Source: Macrostomum lignano (lineage: Eukaryota). From it: a stretch of DNA of 64,000 bases. Under the pieces are notes generated by a model. The model saw only the letters and a list, made by a program, of their open reading frames with translations, did no database searches and was not told the DNA's origin. The stretch is from the NCBI GenBank assembly GCA_002269645.1, contig NIVC01001185.1, forward strand, positions 278,099 to 342,098. The letters are read 5' to 3'. Shown here piece by piece: positions 33,043 through 45,600 of the stretch. Position 1 is the first letter of the stretch. Each line of letters opens with the position of its first letter. A program made the translations under genes and the position numbers.

Positions 33043-36000
33043 TCATGAAATTCTCCTCCCCATCAGCAGTGGAGTTCGCTCCGTGTCCCTCTTCGTCCAC
33101 ACCTTCACCAGCACCCAGTCGCCCTCGCCTGGGCTAGCAACTTTCCTAGCAACCGACGAGAGGTTGTTCATCTCGCAGTTCACGTTGCAACCGCTGCTTG
33201 AAGCTTTCGGTTCTGAATTCAACATTGTCGCCTGACTGTTGCTTTCACTGATATCCTGATCTCGGAGATTGCCGGCTTCGAGTAGAAGTTTTTCTAGCAC
33301 GTTCTCTTGCGTGATGATGCCTCGAACTCCGTTCGGTGATGTCGGGTCGCTGTCAAGGACAACGGCCATTTGACCTGGCGAAATGGGAATAATGGTGGCC
33401 TGCTTTTCATGACGAGTGAATTTTCTTAATTTAGCTTCACTCAGGGACAACTACAAAAGTTTTACTTCTAGTTGTCCCTGGCTTCACTATGTCTGAAGAA
33501 TAGCTAAAGTGATTGGGTTGAAATAGTAATTTTCAAGTATGCAAGAGGAGCTCAGTAAGCTGACATAGGACTAAAAATTATCTGATAAGGGAACGCTCTG
33601 GTTCACTCTGGTTCACTCTGGTTCACTCTGGTTCACTCTGGTTCACTCTGGTTCACTCTGGTTCACTCTGGTTCACTCTGGTTCACTCTGGTTCACTCTG
33701 GTTCACTCTGGTTCACTCTGGTTCACTCTGGTTCGATCCGGTTAACCAATAAATCAATAAATGCACTCAACTCTTTCCCTGTCGAAAAATTCTCAACAAA
33801 TCGTATAGCTGAGCGCTGCTCTTCACGAACGGCATCTCCCGGAAGCACTTCCTGTTGGTCATGAGCTCCTGCACCGATGGGCTGGCGGGCGACTCAAACA
33901 GCAGCAGCATCTTCACCAGCAGGTGACCGCGAATGTCGCCGTGATTTTCGCCGTGATAAACTGGCACTCTAGAGTGAGCACTCTGCATGATCCGCTGTCG
34001 AGTGCTTGAGTCCAAGGTGAGCTGATCAGACAGCATGAACACCTTCTCGATGGGGGTGCAGGCGTCTCCAGCTGTGACGCTGGTGAGTTCCAGAGCGCCC
34101 CGGATGATGGTTACCTTGGGGAGTTGGAGAATTGGATGTTTAAAGCCATGCAGAATAAGAAGTCTCAGAAGTCGGACACTAAGACACTATCCATTTGAGC
34201 TCATATGCTAAAAACTCGTTTTCAAAGTCATTGACGGACGCCAATTTTTGTGTCAAAATTAGTCGTGGCTTTCTTTCGAGATTACTTGTCTAGTGTTAGG
34301 GGGGAAGGAGGTCTAAGTTATAGCTTTTACATCTAATCATTTGGATGTAGACTAGTAGGTGGGTATGCCCATGACGTTGCTACATAGCTACATGTAATCT
34401 AACTTTTGACAAATCTTAATCCTACAAAAGAATTACAAAATGCTTTGTGCACACGTGCCGGTCAACCAACAGATCGCGTGCTGCCAAATACAAACACGAC
34501 GCATTGCTCACCTCGTCTTTTGTCAAAACCGACCGTCTGTGCTGCTCACTCGGTTTTTCACCGCTGCCCGCCGCGGTCAGCTCGCTAGAAACCACCATCG
34601 AGCTGGTTCGAGACAGACGCGAGGGGCCATGGAAACTGACCAGAGATTTGAGCTCTTCGCGTTTGAACACGGTTTCGTGGTCGGTGCCCAGAATGCAGTC
34701 GAGCAGTTTGGCTATGGGAAACGCAATCGGGGACATCACGGCCATGCAGGCGTACACTATGCTGGAGGGTGAGGCGGTTTTTGAGCAAGTTTTCTTTAGT
34801 GCATTGAAGTAATATATTGGAAATCTGAAAATGGTGAATCAATACATGACACGCATCGGTCACTTCCTTTGTTACATTCCATATCACATTTATTTCAGTT
34901 CTTAGTTCTTCCTGGCACACTCCTCTCCTCTGTAACACTTTTCTCCTCTGTAACACTCCTCTCCCTGGCACACTCCTCTCCCTGTAACACTCCTCTCCCT
35001 GTAACACTCCTCTCCCTGTAACACTCTTCTCCCTGTAACACTCCTCTCTTCTGTAACACTTTTTCCCTGTAAAACTCTTCTCCCCGTCACACTCCTCTGC
35101 CTGTAACACTTCTCTCCCTGTAACACTCCTTTCCCTGTAACACTCCTCTCACTGTAACACTCTTCTCCCTGTAACACTCCTCTGCCTGTAACACTCCTCT
35201 GCCTGTAACACTCCTCTCCCTGTAACACTCCTCTCCCTGTAACACTCCTCTCCCTGTAACACTCCTCTCCCTGCCAAACCCCTCTTCTTGTAACACTTCT
35301 CTCTCATGTCAACCTTCCCTACCTACCAGTCACCAGTCAGGGAGTGTCAAAGGCAATCATGGAGAATTTCAACTCACGGAGAGCAATAGTACCCGATCAT
35401 CAATCCGTATCTGGTGCATAGAGCTTGCGGAATGACTCTGAAAAAGTCGAAAAAGTTTTTTTATTTTATACTTTTACAATATTTAACTACTGGCAGTAGC
35501 AAGAATTAAAGCGAAACTTACTCTCCAAAAAACAGCACAGCCGTGACGGAGACAAGGACAGCAGTCACTGGATCGGAAACCCGATCTAAGAATAATGGCA
35601 TGGCCTCGACGCAAGCCGCGTTGCCTAGCAACAGAGTCACCAGCAGCCAGTGATGCCGCTTGATGATGGGGAACAGACGCTGCGCAAACCGTTTCGTCTC
35701 GCCTGTGCCAGAATCGCAAAGCACTTTTAAGCTGAGCAGGTCGAGACTCAACAGGCCTATGGTTAGGCCGCTCATTAGGCCTGAATTTGGGTGTTCGGTT
35801 GCAGGTAAGAGAGTTGCAAAAAGCGCAGAGGTTTGGTGGTTAACAGTAGGAGTACTGCATGTAAGGGATCGTCTGTTCCTGGTAGTTGAACCGTTAAATT
35901 ACTTAAAAGACTTAAGACTCTCGAGACTCAAGCGACCTCTGTTTTAATGCATTGCAATTAAGAGAGTTGTAGAAAATATAATTAGAAGTAAGTATATAAC

Positions 36001-36815
36001 CTTTGCCTTGCTCTCTGCATGCATTTTTGGTAAGACTAGCTGATCAAGGAACAAGTATAGGTATCTGATTAACAATTGCTTAAAGTCCGACAGATGCTCA
36101 ACGACTGGTAACGTCATTACACACAGATAAGTCGGAAAAATTCTTGAAAAGAGAAAAAACTATAAATCAGATAGGGCAGGTTGTCAAAGACAGGTAAGAA
36201 CATGTCGTCAAAGACAGGTAAGAACATGTCGCCAAAGAAGAACATGTCGCCAAAGACAGGTAAGAACATGTCGTCAAAGAAGAACATGTCGCCAAAGACA
36301 GGTAAGAACATGTAGCCAAAGACAGGTTTAAAGGACATGTCGCCAAAGACAGGTAAGGACATGTCGCCAAAGACAGGTAAGGCAGGTCGCCAAAGACAGG
36401 TAAGGCAGGTCGTCAAAGACAGATAAGGACAGATCGCTAAAGACAGGTAAGGACAGATCGCTAAAGACAGGTAAGGACAGATCGCTAAAGACAGGTAAGG
36501 ACAGATCGCTAAAGACAGGTAAGGACAGATCGCTAAAGACAGGTAAGGACAGATCGCTAAAGACAGGTAAGGACAGATCGCTAAAGACAGGTAAGGACAG
36601 ATCGCTAAAGATAGATAAGGATAGATCGGCAACTTACCAGCTCCAAGTACTAGCAGAGCATAAATGCACAGGTAAATCCAGAACAATGCATCCTCTGGTT
36701 TAGCCTTGTGATCGGCAAGGTGATACTGGGTGCCGTTGCACAGCAGGTCATCCTCAGATGCAATAAAACAGTTGATGAAGTCCGACATACTCTTGCTCAT
36801 TGCTTCGCTTTGCAT
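33043..36815 (-). CDS. DUF21 + CBS-pair metal transporter (CNNM/MAM3 family), 6 exons, ~473 aa
   Basis: Exons 36815-36638, 35780-35522, 35437-35378, 34761-34512, 34114-33772 and 33374-33043 total 1422 nt in frame. Motifs: GLMSGLTIGLLSLD, HWLLVTLLLGNA, FGEVIPQALC, PIAFPIAKLLD, HSRVPVY, GKSQMAVV, GIITQENVLE. Start Met uncertain (three candidates). Confidence 0.92.
33598..33733. repeat. 10-bp tandem repeat (GTTCACTCTG) in the last intron of the CNNM-family gene
   Basis: ~13 perfect copies. Confidence 0.95.
34910..35310. repeat. 18-bp minisatellite (CTGTAACACTCCTCTCCC) in intron 3 of the CNNM-family gene
   Basis: Tandem copies. Confidence 0.92.
36180..36625. repeat. 24-bp minisatellite (GGACAGATCGCTAAAGACAGGTAA) in intron 1 of the CNNM-family gene
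   Basis: Tandem copies beginning immediately after the GTAAGT donor at 36637. Confidence 0.92.
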
Positions 36816-37824
36816 GTGTACAATACAGGTTAACCAACAAATCGATGGCCTCTATAGCAATTGTATCAGCAGTCTATAAATGTCTCGAGAACCAGATCAG
36901 GGTCAGAAATATCTTGTTATAAAATAACAAATAGGCTGCCTCATAAATGCGACCGTTAATTTATACAGAAAACTTACTTCTCAGATTACGAGGAACATTA
37001 TACTCGTAGCTTCCCTGAAGAACATAGAGATATACTCTGCCACCAGTGAACTGGACATCTTACACAGGGTGATAGTCTTGACTCATATTTTATCAACACA
37101 ACAAGTGATCGATAGGTTAACTCTTTATACTCAATTATTGTCTCTGTAATCTACACAGTTACAGGTCATTTTAGCTACCTGGTTTATACATACGAGTACA
37201 ACTTTTCAGATTCTTATCGCGACCATATATATCACGCTTGCCAGATCAGGTGTTTCTTAGATATTATGTGTAACGAGCATTTATACTCCACACAGATTAC
37301 TACGCTATAATATAGGACCGTATAGGGGTATCGCGGTGCGTGTTTACATAGGACAATGCCGTAAACAACTGCATATATGCACGCGGTTCACGTGTGACGG
37401 CAGTTTCATAAAGCCTAGAGATCGGTTTAATCTGGCTTAAGTTGCAGAAGAAGAATTAAAAATAAAAGAATCGCAATGTCAGTCTAAAAGAAGAGTCCTG
37501 TAATACATAAAAAAGTGTCATGTCAGACATAAAAGATGTCATGTAAACAAGGAAGAAGCGTCATGTAAAACATCTTCCTTGACGCTTTATTTAAGCGTCA
37601 TGTAAAACATAAATAAAGCGTCACGTTAAGCTCTGCTGCAACTTTTGGGGAGAATTTTAAGATGGCAAAGCTTATGGGATTATGGGGGTAATTAGTGAGA
37701 TGTCAAGGCTTACGGGGGAAATCGCTAGCTGGGATGTCAAGGCTTCACGGGCTAAATTGCTGAGATTTCAGGCTTTGGGGGAATTTATTAAATGTCATGG
37801 CTATGGTCAAAAGCTGGGAGGATG

Positions 37825-37935
37825 ATTGCTATCGGGAGGATGCTTGCTATCGGGAGGATGCTTGCTATCGGGGGGATGCTTGCTATCGGGGGGATGCTTG
37901 CTATCGGGGGGATGCTTGCTATCCGGGGGATGCTA
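37825..37935. repeat. 18-bp tandem repeat (GGGGATGCTTGCTATCGG)
   Basis: ~6 copies. Confidence 0.85.
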
Positions 37936-39618
37936 GGTATCTAGGGTTGCTTAATTGCTATATTGGGGTTGCTTCATCTGGGGAAACTGCTGAGATGTAA
38001 AGGCTTTGGGTAGAGTTTTTGAGATGCCAAGGCTTATAGGGGAATTGCTGAGATATCAAGGCTTGGGGGGAATTGCTGATCAGATGTCAAGGCTTGGGGG
38101 TAATTGCTAAAGATATAAAGGCCGAGGTTATAGAAGCTGCGTCGCGTATAAGATTGCTAGTTGCAATCTAAATTATTTATGCGCACTTTGCTATATGTTT
38201 CTTATGTTCTTACGCTCGTATGTTCACTGAAGCATGCTGAACTTGCAATTTAAAGTGGATCAGCACATGTACTATGTATGTTTGTCAATATGCAGTATGA
38301 GTTTTATTTATAAGCGTACGTGTAAAAGCACCTTTGCACTTTGTTCTTCATGCTATCAGCATATCTGATAGCATTTGTTAGCTCTGAATCAGTTTAATTA
38401 AGGAATACTGCAGTCATGTAATTGCAGTTAGTGCAAAGAATTGGCAGATCTTGATATTGGATAATTTTTATCGTTTGATCAGCCCTGCATCTCTGTCCTG
38501 CAGGTCCTTGATCTAGCTGTGGCCCGACCGCGGCCTGCATGCCCAATAATGCGATCGATGTCATGCAGTCCCGAACCGCGCGTCCCTTGCTACACGTACG
38601 TGTACTACGTCATGACATGTAATAACAGCTACGTGCAAAATTTATCTTTTTAGCAGCAAGGTTATAGCTCAAAGCTTCTTCTAGTCGGAAATCCAATTTC
38701 GAGACAGCAGCTGGTTTGGTGAGCCGGCCAGTTCGCACGGATGTAGTTTGAGTACCATAAAGCGACGGCGACGAAGATAATCATCTCCGGATACATTGTA
38801 ATAGCTACATGCATGTAATCTTTCAGCTCGAGTTTTCCGTTCTTGTCTCTCTCGCAGTCTTTCTCTTATAGCTACATAGGACCAAGAGCTGCTCGTCACA
38901 TCTATATATGCTACCCTGGGGCTGACCATCTGACAGAAGTAAAAGGCCATTTTAAGTGACTAATTTTCTATATGGTTTCTATATATGGAAAGCTCTTAAT
39001 TATAGCGCTCACGTCAGTGTAGTGGGCAGTGTAAAAGGGCAGTGTAAAAGAACACATTATCTAACGAAGTCGATAGACGTCAGCTGGTAACGTCGTCCGA
39101 CGTCGGATTGATGTAAGGTGTTGTGCATGTACTTTTGTATTTATATACTCCTATTTATACTCGTAGTACCACAGCAAAGTTTCAAAACATTGCTGTGTCG
39201 CGCTGTATCAACGAAAAAAAGATAAAGAAAGCAGAGGCTTGCTATGAACGCAATTTCAATTTACACTGGCGAGCCCTTTGCAATCACAGGGTTTTATTTC
39301 ATAATTTAATGACTAATATTGCCTTTTATGCATTTCTATTTACCTATCATAGAAATACTTAGGTCGAAGTTAATTTAAGTACTATATTTTTACCCAAATT
39401 AAAATATTTTGAGCAGTAGCTTTTATTTTGTTAAATAAAACAGCTTCTGACAAAGCCTAATTTGTTAATCTATACTATTACTCAGGTCGTACGAACATTC
39501 AAAGATTCAAAGAAATCGTTAAAAAATACCAAAAACGCAATAAATAAAACTTGTAACACATTTATATTTTTTATTTCTACAATACTAGTACTGCTGTTTG
39601 TTTCGTAAGAGCTCTATA

Positions 39619-42600
39619 ATGTTTTCCAAACAGGCAAACTACAGCAAACTTAAGACAAATTTGCGATTGGTAATTAATCGCCTAAAGTTATTGGAGAAGA
39701 AAAAAACGGAGCTTGCATTGAAGGCTAGAAAAGAAATTTCGGATTACATCCAGGCTGGTAAGGATGATCGAGCACGAATCCGAGTCGAACATATCGTTCG
39801 TGAAGACTATCTTGTCGAGGCCATGGAAATTATTGAGATGTACTGCGACCTACTACTTGCACGTTTTGGACTAATCAGCAGTCAAAAGTAAGCTACCTGT
39901 CTAAATACTTGTAACAAGTATGCTAGTCTAATAATTGAACTCTATTGAGCCATCTTAGACATTATGAATCAATCGCCCCCCATAGTCTAGATCATGTTGA
40001 GTGCACGCTGGAATGCTCTGAACCAATGCATGCCAGTGCCAACTAGATACATGCCAGTGCCAAGCAAATATAGGCCTATGCCAAACTAGGCCCTAATATA
40101 TAGAAAAAACATGCAACTTTTTACATTAAAAAAATGAAATTCAAAAAAGAAAGTCTTAAAAACTTTTATAGCATGCAAATATACAATATTTTTTGGCATA
40201 TTATTTATTAAAATTTACTTGTCATTTTACATTAAAAATTAAATATGAATTCTTGTCTTCACAAGACCATGTCTTTTCATGAACTTTTATCTTACCAAAA
40301 CATGCCCCACTATCAAGCCAGGCCACATTTTATGCCAGCTATTCCATGCCATAGCATGCCAACATGCTACTTTTGGCATGCAGTACCCAAATATATGCCA
40401 ATGCATGCCACAATTTTTAGGCCAAACCAAATATATGCCAGAATTTTCCAGTGTGATGTATGCCTTTTGGAGTAGAGAACCTACTCTAGCTAAAAATATT
40501 GAAATGTATATATAGTCTATAAGCTATTAAAGCCCGTGGATTTTGAACCCGGGAAACTCTAATCCCTAAATAATTAAATAACTCTATTTAAATAGAGTTA
40601 AACATAAAATAGAGTACATTCGTGTAAAATTAGTATTTAAAGCAAACTTTAATTGTTAATCTTTAATCTTTAATTGTGCTACGCAGAATTTCAGGCAAAT
40701 TCATGGCCTCTGCCTCTCCTTGTGTCCCTTGGAAGTTGGATCCTTAGAAACTTCTATCTCTACCTTCTCTTCTGTTTTCTCTCTTCTATCTGGTCTGTGG
40801 TCTCTTCTCTCTCTTCTATCCTCTCTTCTCTTTGTTCCCTCTTATTCTTTTCTTTCCTCTCCTCCCTTCTCTCGTCTCTGCTCTCTTATCTCTCCCTTTC
40901 TCCTATTTTATCTCTTCCCATTTCTCTGCTTTCTATTCTATCTTCTCTCTGCTCTCTACTCTCTCTTCTCTCTGCTCTCTACTCTATCTTCTCTACTCTA
41001 TTTCTCCCTCTCTCTCCTCTCCCTTCTCTTATCTCTCTCTCATCCTTTCTCTCTCCCCTCTTCTTACTTCTTACTCCAATATTATCTGCTTACTCCTTAT
41101 CCTTACCCCATCGTCTCTCTTCTTGTCTTCTATCTTTTCTCTTATCCTCTTCTTGCTTATCCTCTCTTCTTATAGTCTATTCCTTCTCCTTTTCACTCTC
41201 ATCTCATCAGCCATAAGCTTGATTTTTTATCTGGCATTTAAGGTTAAAGTCTGTCAATCCCTACTTCAAAAGTGTTTGTGGCCTGTGGGACGTAGTGCTC
41301 TCAAGGTTGTTATGCTTTAATCACAATATATTTCTGGCCAATTAGCAGCCCTGAGAGGAATTTGTGTATCCTCCAGCCCAGCTCCACACCACTACCACAG
41401 TCTGTAGCAGTCTAACAACCAAGGAAATACATATTTCTTAAGAGCCATTTAAATTTTAAAGTACCTTATGCAAATCTTAATGTTAAAATTTTCATGGTGT
41501 AACTAATTTAGTAGGATTGCATTGTAATGAATAACTGAATAATCAGTTATTCATTAATTTTTTGCTATTTTTACAAACCATCCCACATCACCTTGATTTG
41601 TGATCCATTGTTAAACTGCTAGAGACTTGTCTATACAGGTACAGAGGACACTGGTTTGAATCTCGCTAAACTGTCATGGCTAAATGTAGCCTCTCCACGT
41701 GTGGGGTGCGGAGAAGGCTATTAAAAAGTTATTCCAAAACACTGTACATTCGCTATGTACATTGAGCCCTATTGCCTGACCCTTCGTCTGGGCTGGGGGG
41801 AATGAGTGAGTGAGCGGAACAAACAACAAAAAAAGCAGACAAACTTCACATGCTTACAGTTTCTGTCCTGATTGAGATACAGAGTTGAGACTTTACATGT
41901 AGGCAGAGAATGAGTCAATAAAGAATTGTGTCAAATTTGAAATCAATCGCTTTACGTGGAGCAAAACTATAGCAGCCGAAAGTTAGGCATTTTAAAACCT
42001 ATTCACACCCTTTGCCCAAATCAAGAAAGAGAGGCATGCAGGCGGAGGTTGGGGTGGCTGCCTTGCTAAAAAACCCAACTTTAAAAGTGCGCAACGCCTT
42101 TTAAGATTAACTTTAAAACTTGAAATTTTACACAATTGTGTCAAAATAGTTAAAGATTGATTTTGTCAAATTTAAAGAGGATCGGTAGAAGTGGAGCGGC
42201 GCTATGGGGGATTTAGTAAAAAAATGTGCATTTTGAGCAGTTTTTTGCACTTTTAGGTAGGAAGACTCAAATTTAGGAAATTTTAAGGTAGCCTGATGAC
42301 ACTTTCCGTAGTGAATTGAAGGTGGGTGCAAAATTTGGTGGGATTTGGTTGAGCAGTTTGGGAGTCTATAGCAAAGTAATTTGTAAATAGACACACACAC
42401 ATACAGAGTTTTGATTTTTATATGTAAAGATAGTAGGCTAGGAATAGGCCCTGGCCTATAAGTTCATAGGTAATTTTTTGGTAATCTTTTAGGCCTACGT
42501 TTATACATTAAATTATTTCTTTAAAATTTGTATTTTCTATCCAGTTTAATGATATATACCATAACAGATTCAATGAAAAGATGGGTAAGTTTTAATTGAT

Positions 42601-45600
42601 AGATTGTTAACTATCAACTAGGCCCTAGTGAAATTGATAAATAGGTAGTCCTAAATTTAAAAATATAATACTATATGCCTATTCCTAAATCTTAGGGCTA
42701 CAATTTTTAGTATATAGTATATGCCCAAAAATTTGGGCATCTATTGGCCTTGTACACCAAAGGTAGGCGTGTACAGTTGGCATACATCACTGCTCTTAAG
42801 AAAAGTGTGCGTGCACACCTGGTATGCACTTTATAAAATCATAGAATAGTTATTGTAAGATAGAAAAAAGGTGAAAAAAAGTTCATTTTTAAGCATAAAT
42901 TTCAAGCTTTCCATTTTTAAAGCTTGTAATAAAGCATTTAAACAAATCTTTGCATGTATTAATTTTCCATTGTAAATAGTATTGCCAAAAAAGCAGAAAA
43001 ATTAACCAAATTACCTGCCAAAAAGGGTCTATTATGGAATTCAAAAAGGTCATTTATTGTTGCAACACTCGCTTAGTGCCAGGTTATGGATTGTGTAGTA
43101 CTATATGCCATAACAAGAATCTTAGCTCATCTAAATGTATGCCAGTGTATGCCAAAAACAAAAAATTTCCCTAAAATATATGCCAAAAATTCTTTCTAAA
43201 GAAGTCATCTGGTTTTCATGAGTAGAGTTTTCTAAGAAGGGCTTTTGTACAAAAAGTCTTTAAAATATTATGAATGCTTCCATTTTAAACAAACTTAAAT
43301 TATACCTATAGAAAGAATGATGCAAAATAGACACTCTTAGCAATAACTTATACTTATTTTATTTATTGTTAATTTTAAAGAAGCAAAGCCAAAAGTGTAT
43401 CATGGACTTTCTAGACTATACAATTTCCCTTTACTTTATGGTAAAAACATTAATTTATATTACAATTTTCATACATAGCATGAATTTATTCACCAAAATT
43501 TATATGCCAACACAAGTATGCATAGTTGTGTTACTTGTGTATGCCAATAGTATATGCCAACAAAGTGTGCCAAAGGTTGTGTATGCCAAGGACTTAGGGT
43601 TGCCATTTTGTACACCAGAAAGGTTCCGGCATACATGTGTTCAATCCATAACCTGGCACCAGCATAGTTTTAAGAATGGGCATGCACTACATTTTTTTTC
43701 AGCAGGGATTTTTTAACCATCAATTTTTGTTTGGGTATGTACCTAGCATGATCTAAACTATGGTATATATGTTGGATAATCCTGGCATACAACAAACGTG
43801 AAAAAATGATTAACAAAGTTATTTAACATGGAGCATTGTTTTATAATAGTTGGCAAATAGAATAATCTGCTGGAAAATTATACTATTGAGCTAGTATACA
43901 ATGTAGCTATTGGCTTACAAAAGACCAAAATGTTGTAATGCAAAAAGGTCCTTTATTGTTACAATGCCTTTTTAATAATTCCAACAAATACATTATAAGT
44001 AAATTTGTTTTTTTTCTAGCATAAACTTGAATTTATAATGTAAAGGGTCATTTTCTGGCATACTGTGCAATAGATTTAAGAGTGTGGCTATATACCAATG
44101 AATCTTACTTCTTTTATCTAAAGTATCATCAATGTATATATTAGCCTAAGTCAATGGGTACTTGGTATAATTGAGCATAGTGCTAGGAAGTTTGTCATAA
44201 TTTCTATTGCTAACTGTATAGCTATAATGCTATTACCATTGATTCATTGCCATATTCTCCCTGGCACATGTGTAATCATTAATGGATGGCAAATATATTT
44301 GTAGAGCTTTAGAATCATGATGTTGTTAACCATTGGCTTGTATTTGTTATTGTTAATTCTCAAGGTCTAACTATGTATACAAACCTCATCAAATAGACGT
44401 AGATACACTATAAGGCAAAGTTCCAAGCTACCTGGTATGCATGGTATGAATCAAGCCCTGTTTGAGTTGCATCTTGAAGATTTCATATAGTATAATATGC
44501 ACCCACAGAATTGGCAATATCTTCTACTAGATTGTGCACTATTACCTCTTCTAACTGACTTGAGCTGAATTGCAGAAGTTAAACTAAACTTTAAAATTGA
44601 AATCTAAAGTTGTTTACTTCAATTTCTATCACTTCCTCAATTTGAGCCCTATAGTTTCAACCATAGACAATTGTTCCAAGTTCTAAGTTGTTCTAAGTTT
44701 TTTAGCATTAGTTAAGTCTTAGGGCCTTAACTTTTATCATTTTCCATTGTGTCATATCACAATTGTTTATTTTAACAAAATAATTTAACAAACAAAAGAG
44801 GAAATTTGTCCCTAGTAGTAATACATTGGACTATGTCAATAAAGTGCCAATTAGATAAGTATTATTTTTCATCTTAACAATAGCTTATAAATACTCAGAA
44901 TGCAATTAGAATTTTATAAAATGAATAAATGTATTTATTATGAATTTTTCAACTTAGTTTGAGCTTAGGTTATTATAGAACTTTAAGTTTGATTTTCAGA
45001 TTTTTCTAAAACTTGCCATATATTTAGTCATAGGGCTTAGTCCAGATCATGCAAAAGGAATTTGGCATGCATTCTTCAATTAATGTCAAATTATACTAAG
45101 TGGGCTTTTGCCATAGAAAATTCTAGTGCATACAAAGGTTCTCTGATATACTTGATACATAAAATAAAAACATTGAAGTCCTTAGCTTAGTGCACTTTTT
45201 CTTAAAAATTTGTCATAAAATATATAATTACTTATTAATCTTATTTAAGAAAATAGTTAAATATTTAATTTCAATTTATATTAATTGCCACCTTTCTAAC
45301 TTGTTACTTATTGTTAATAAATTTTATAATAAGATATAGTATATTATAATTATATAGTCTATTAATGCCAATAACAAACTAATTAAGCTTGGCTAAAAAA
45401 TATAAGCTTATTTGGATTCTAGTCTATTGTATTCAATTAAAAAGCTTTTTTTTGTAAATCCAAATACTATTATAATGAAAATTTCAATGATAATTAGTAC
45501 CTGTATAGTCTATATTATAATATTGCTATGGCTATATATATGTTTTAAAGATAGTCTTATATGCTCTATGATCTATATTTGTATAAGAAATCTAGATTTC

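Noticed and set aside
40674-41320. Leu/Ser-rich 'membrane protein' ORFs (also 46630-46940 and 52626-53170)
   Set aside because: These are low-complexity CT/AG tracts in introns.
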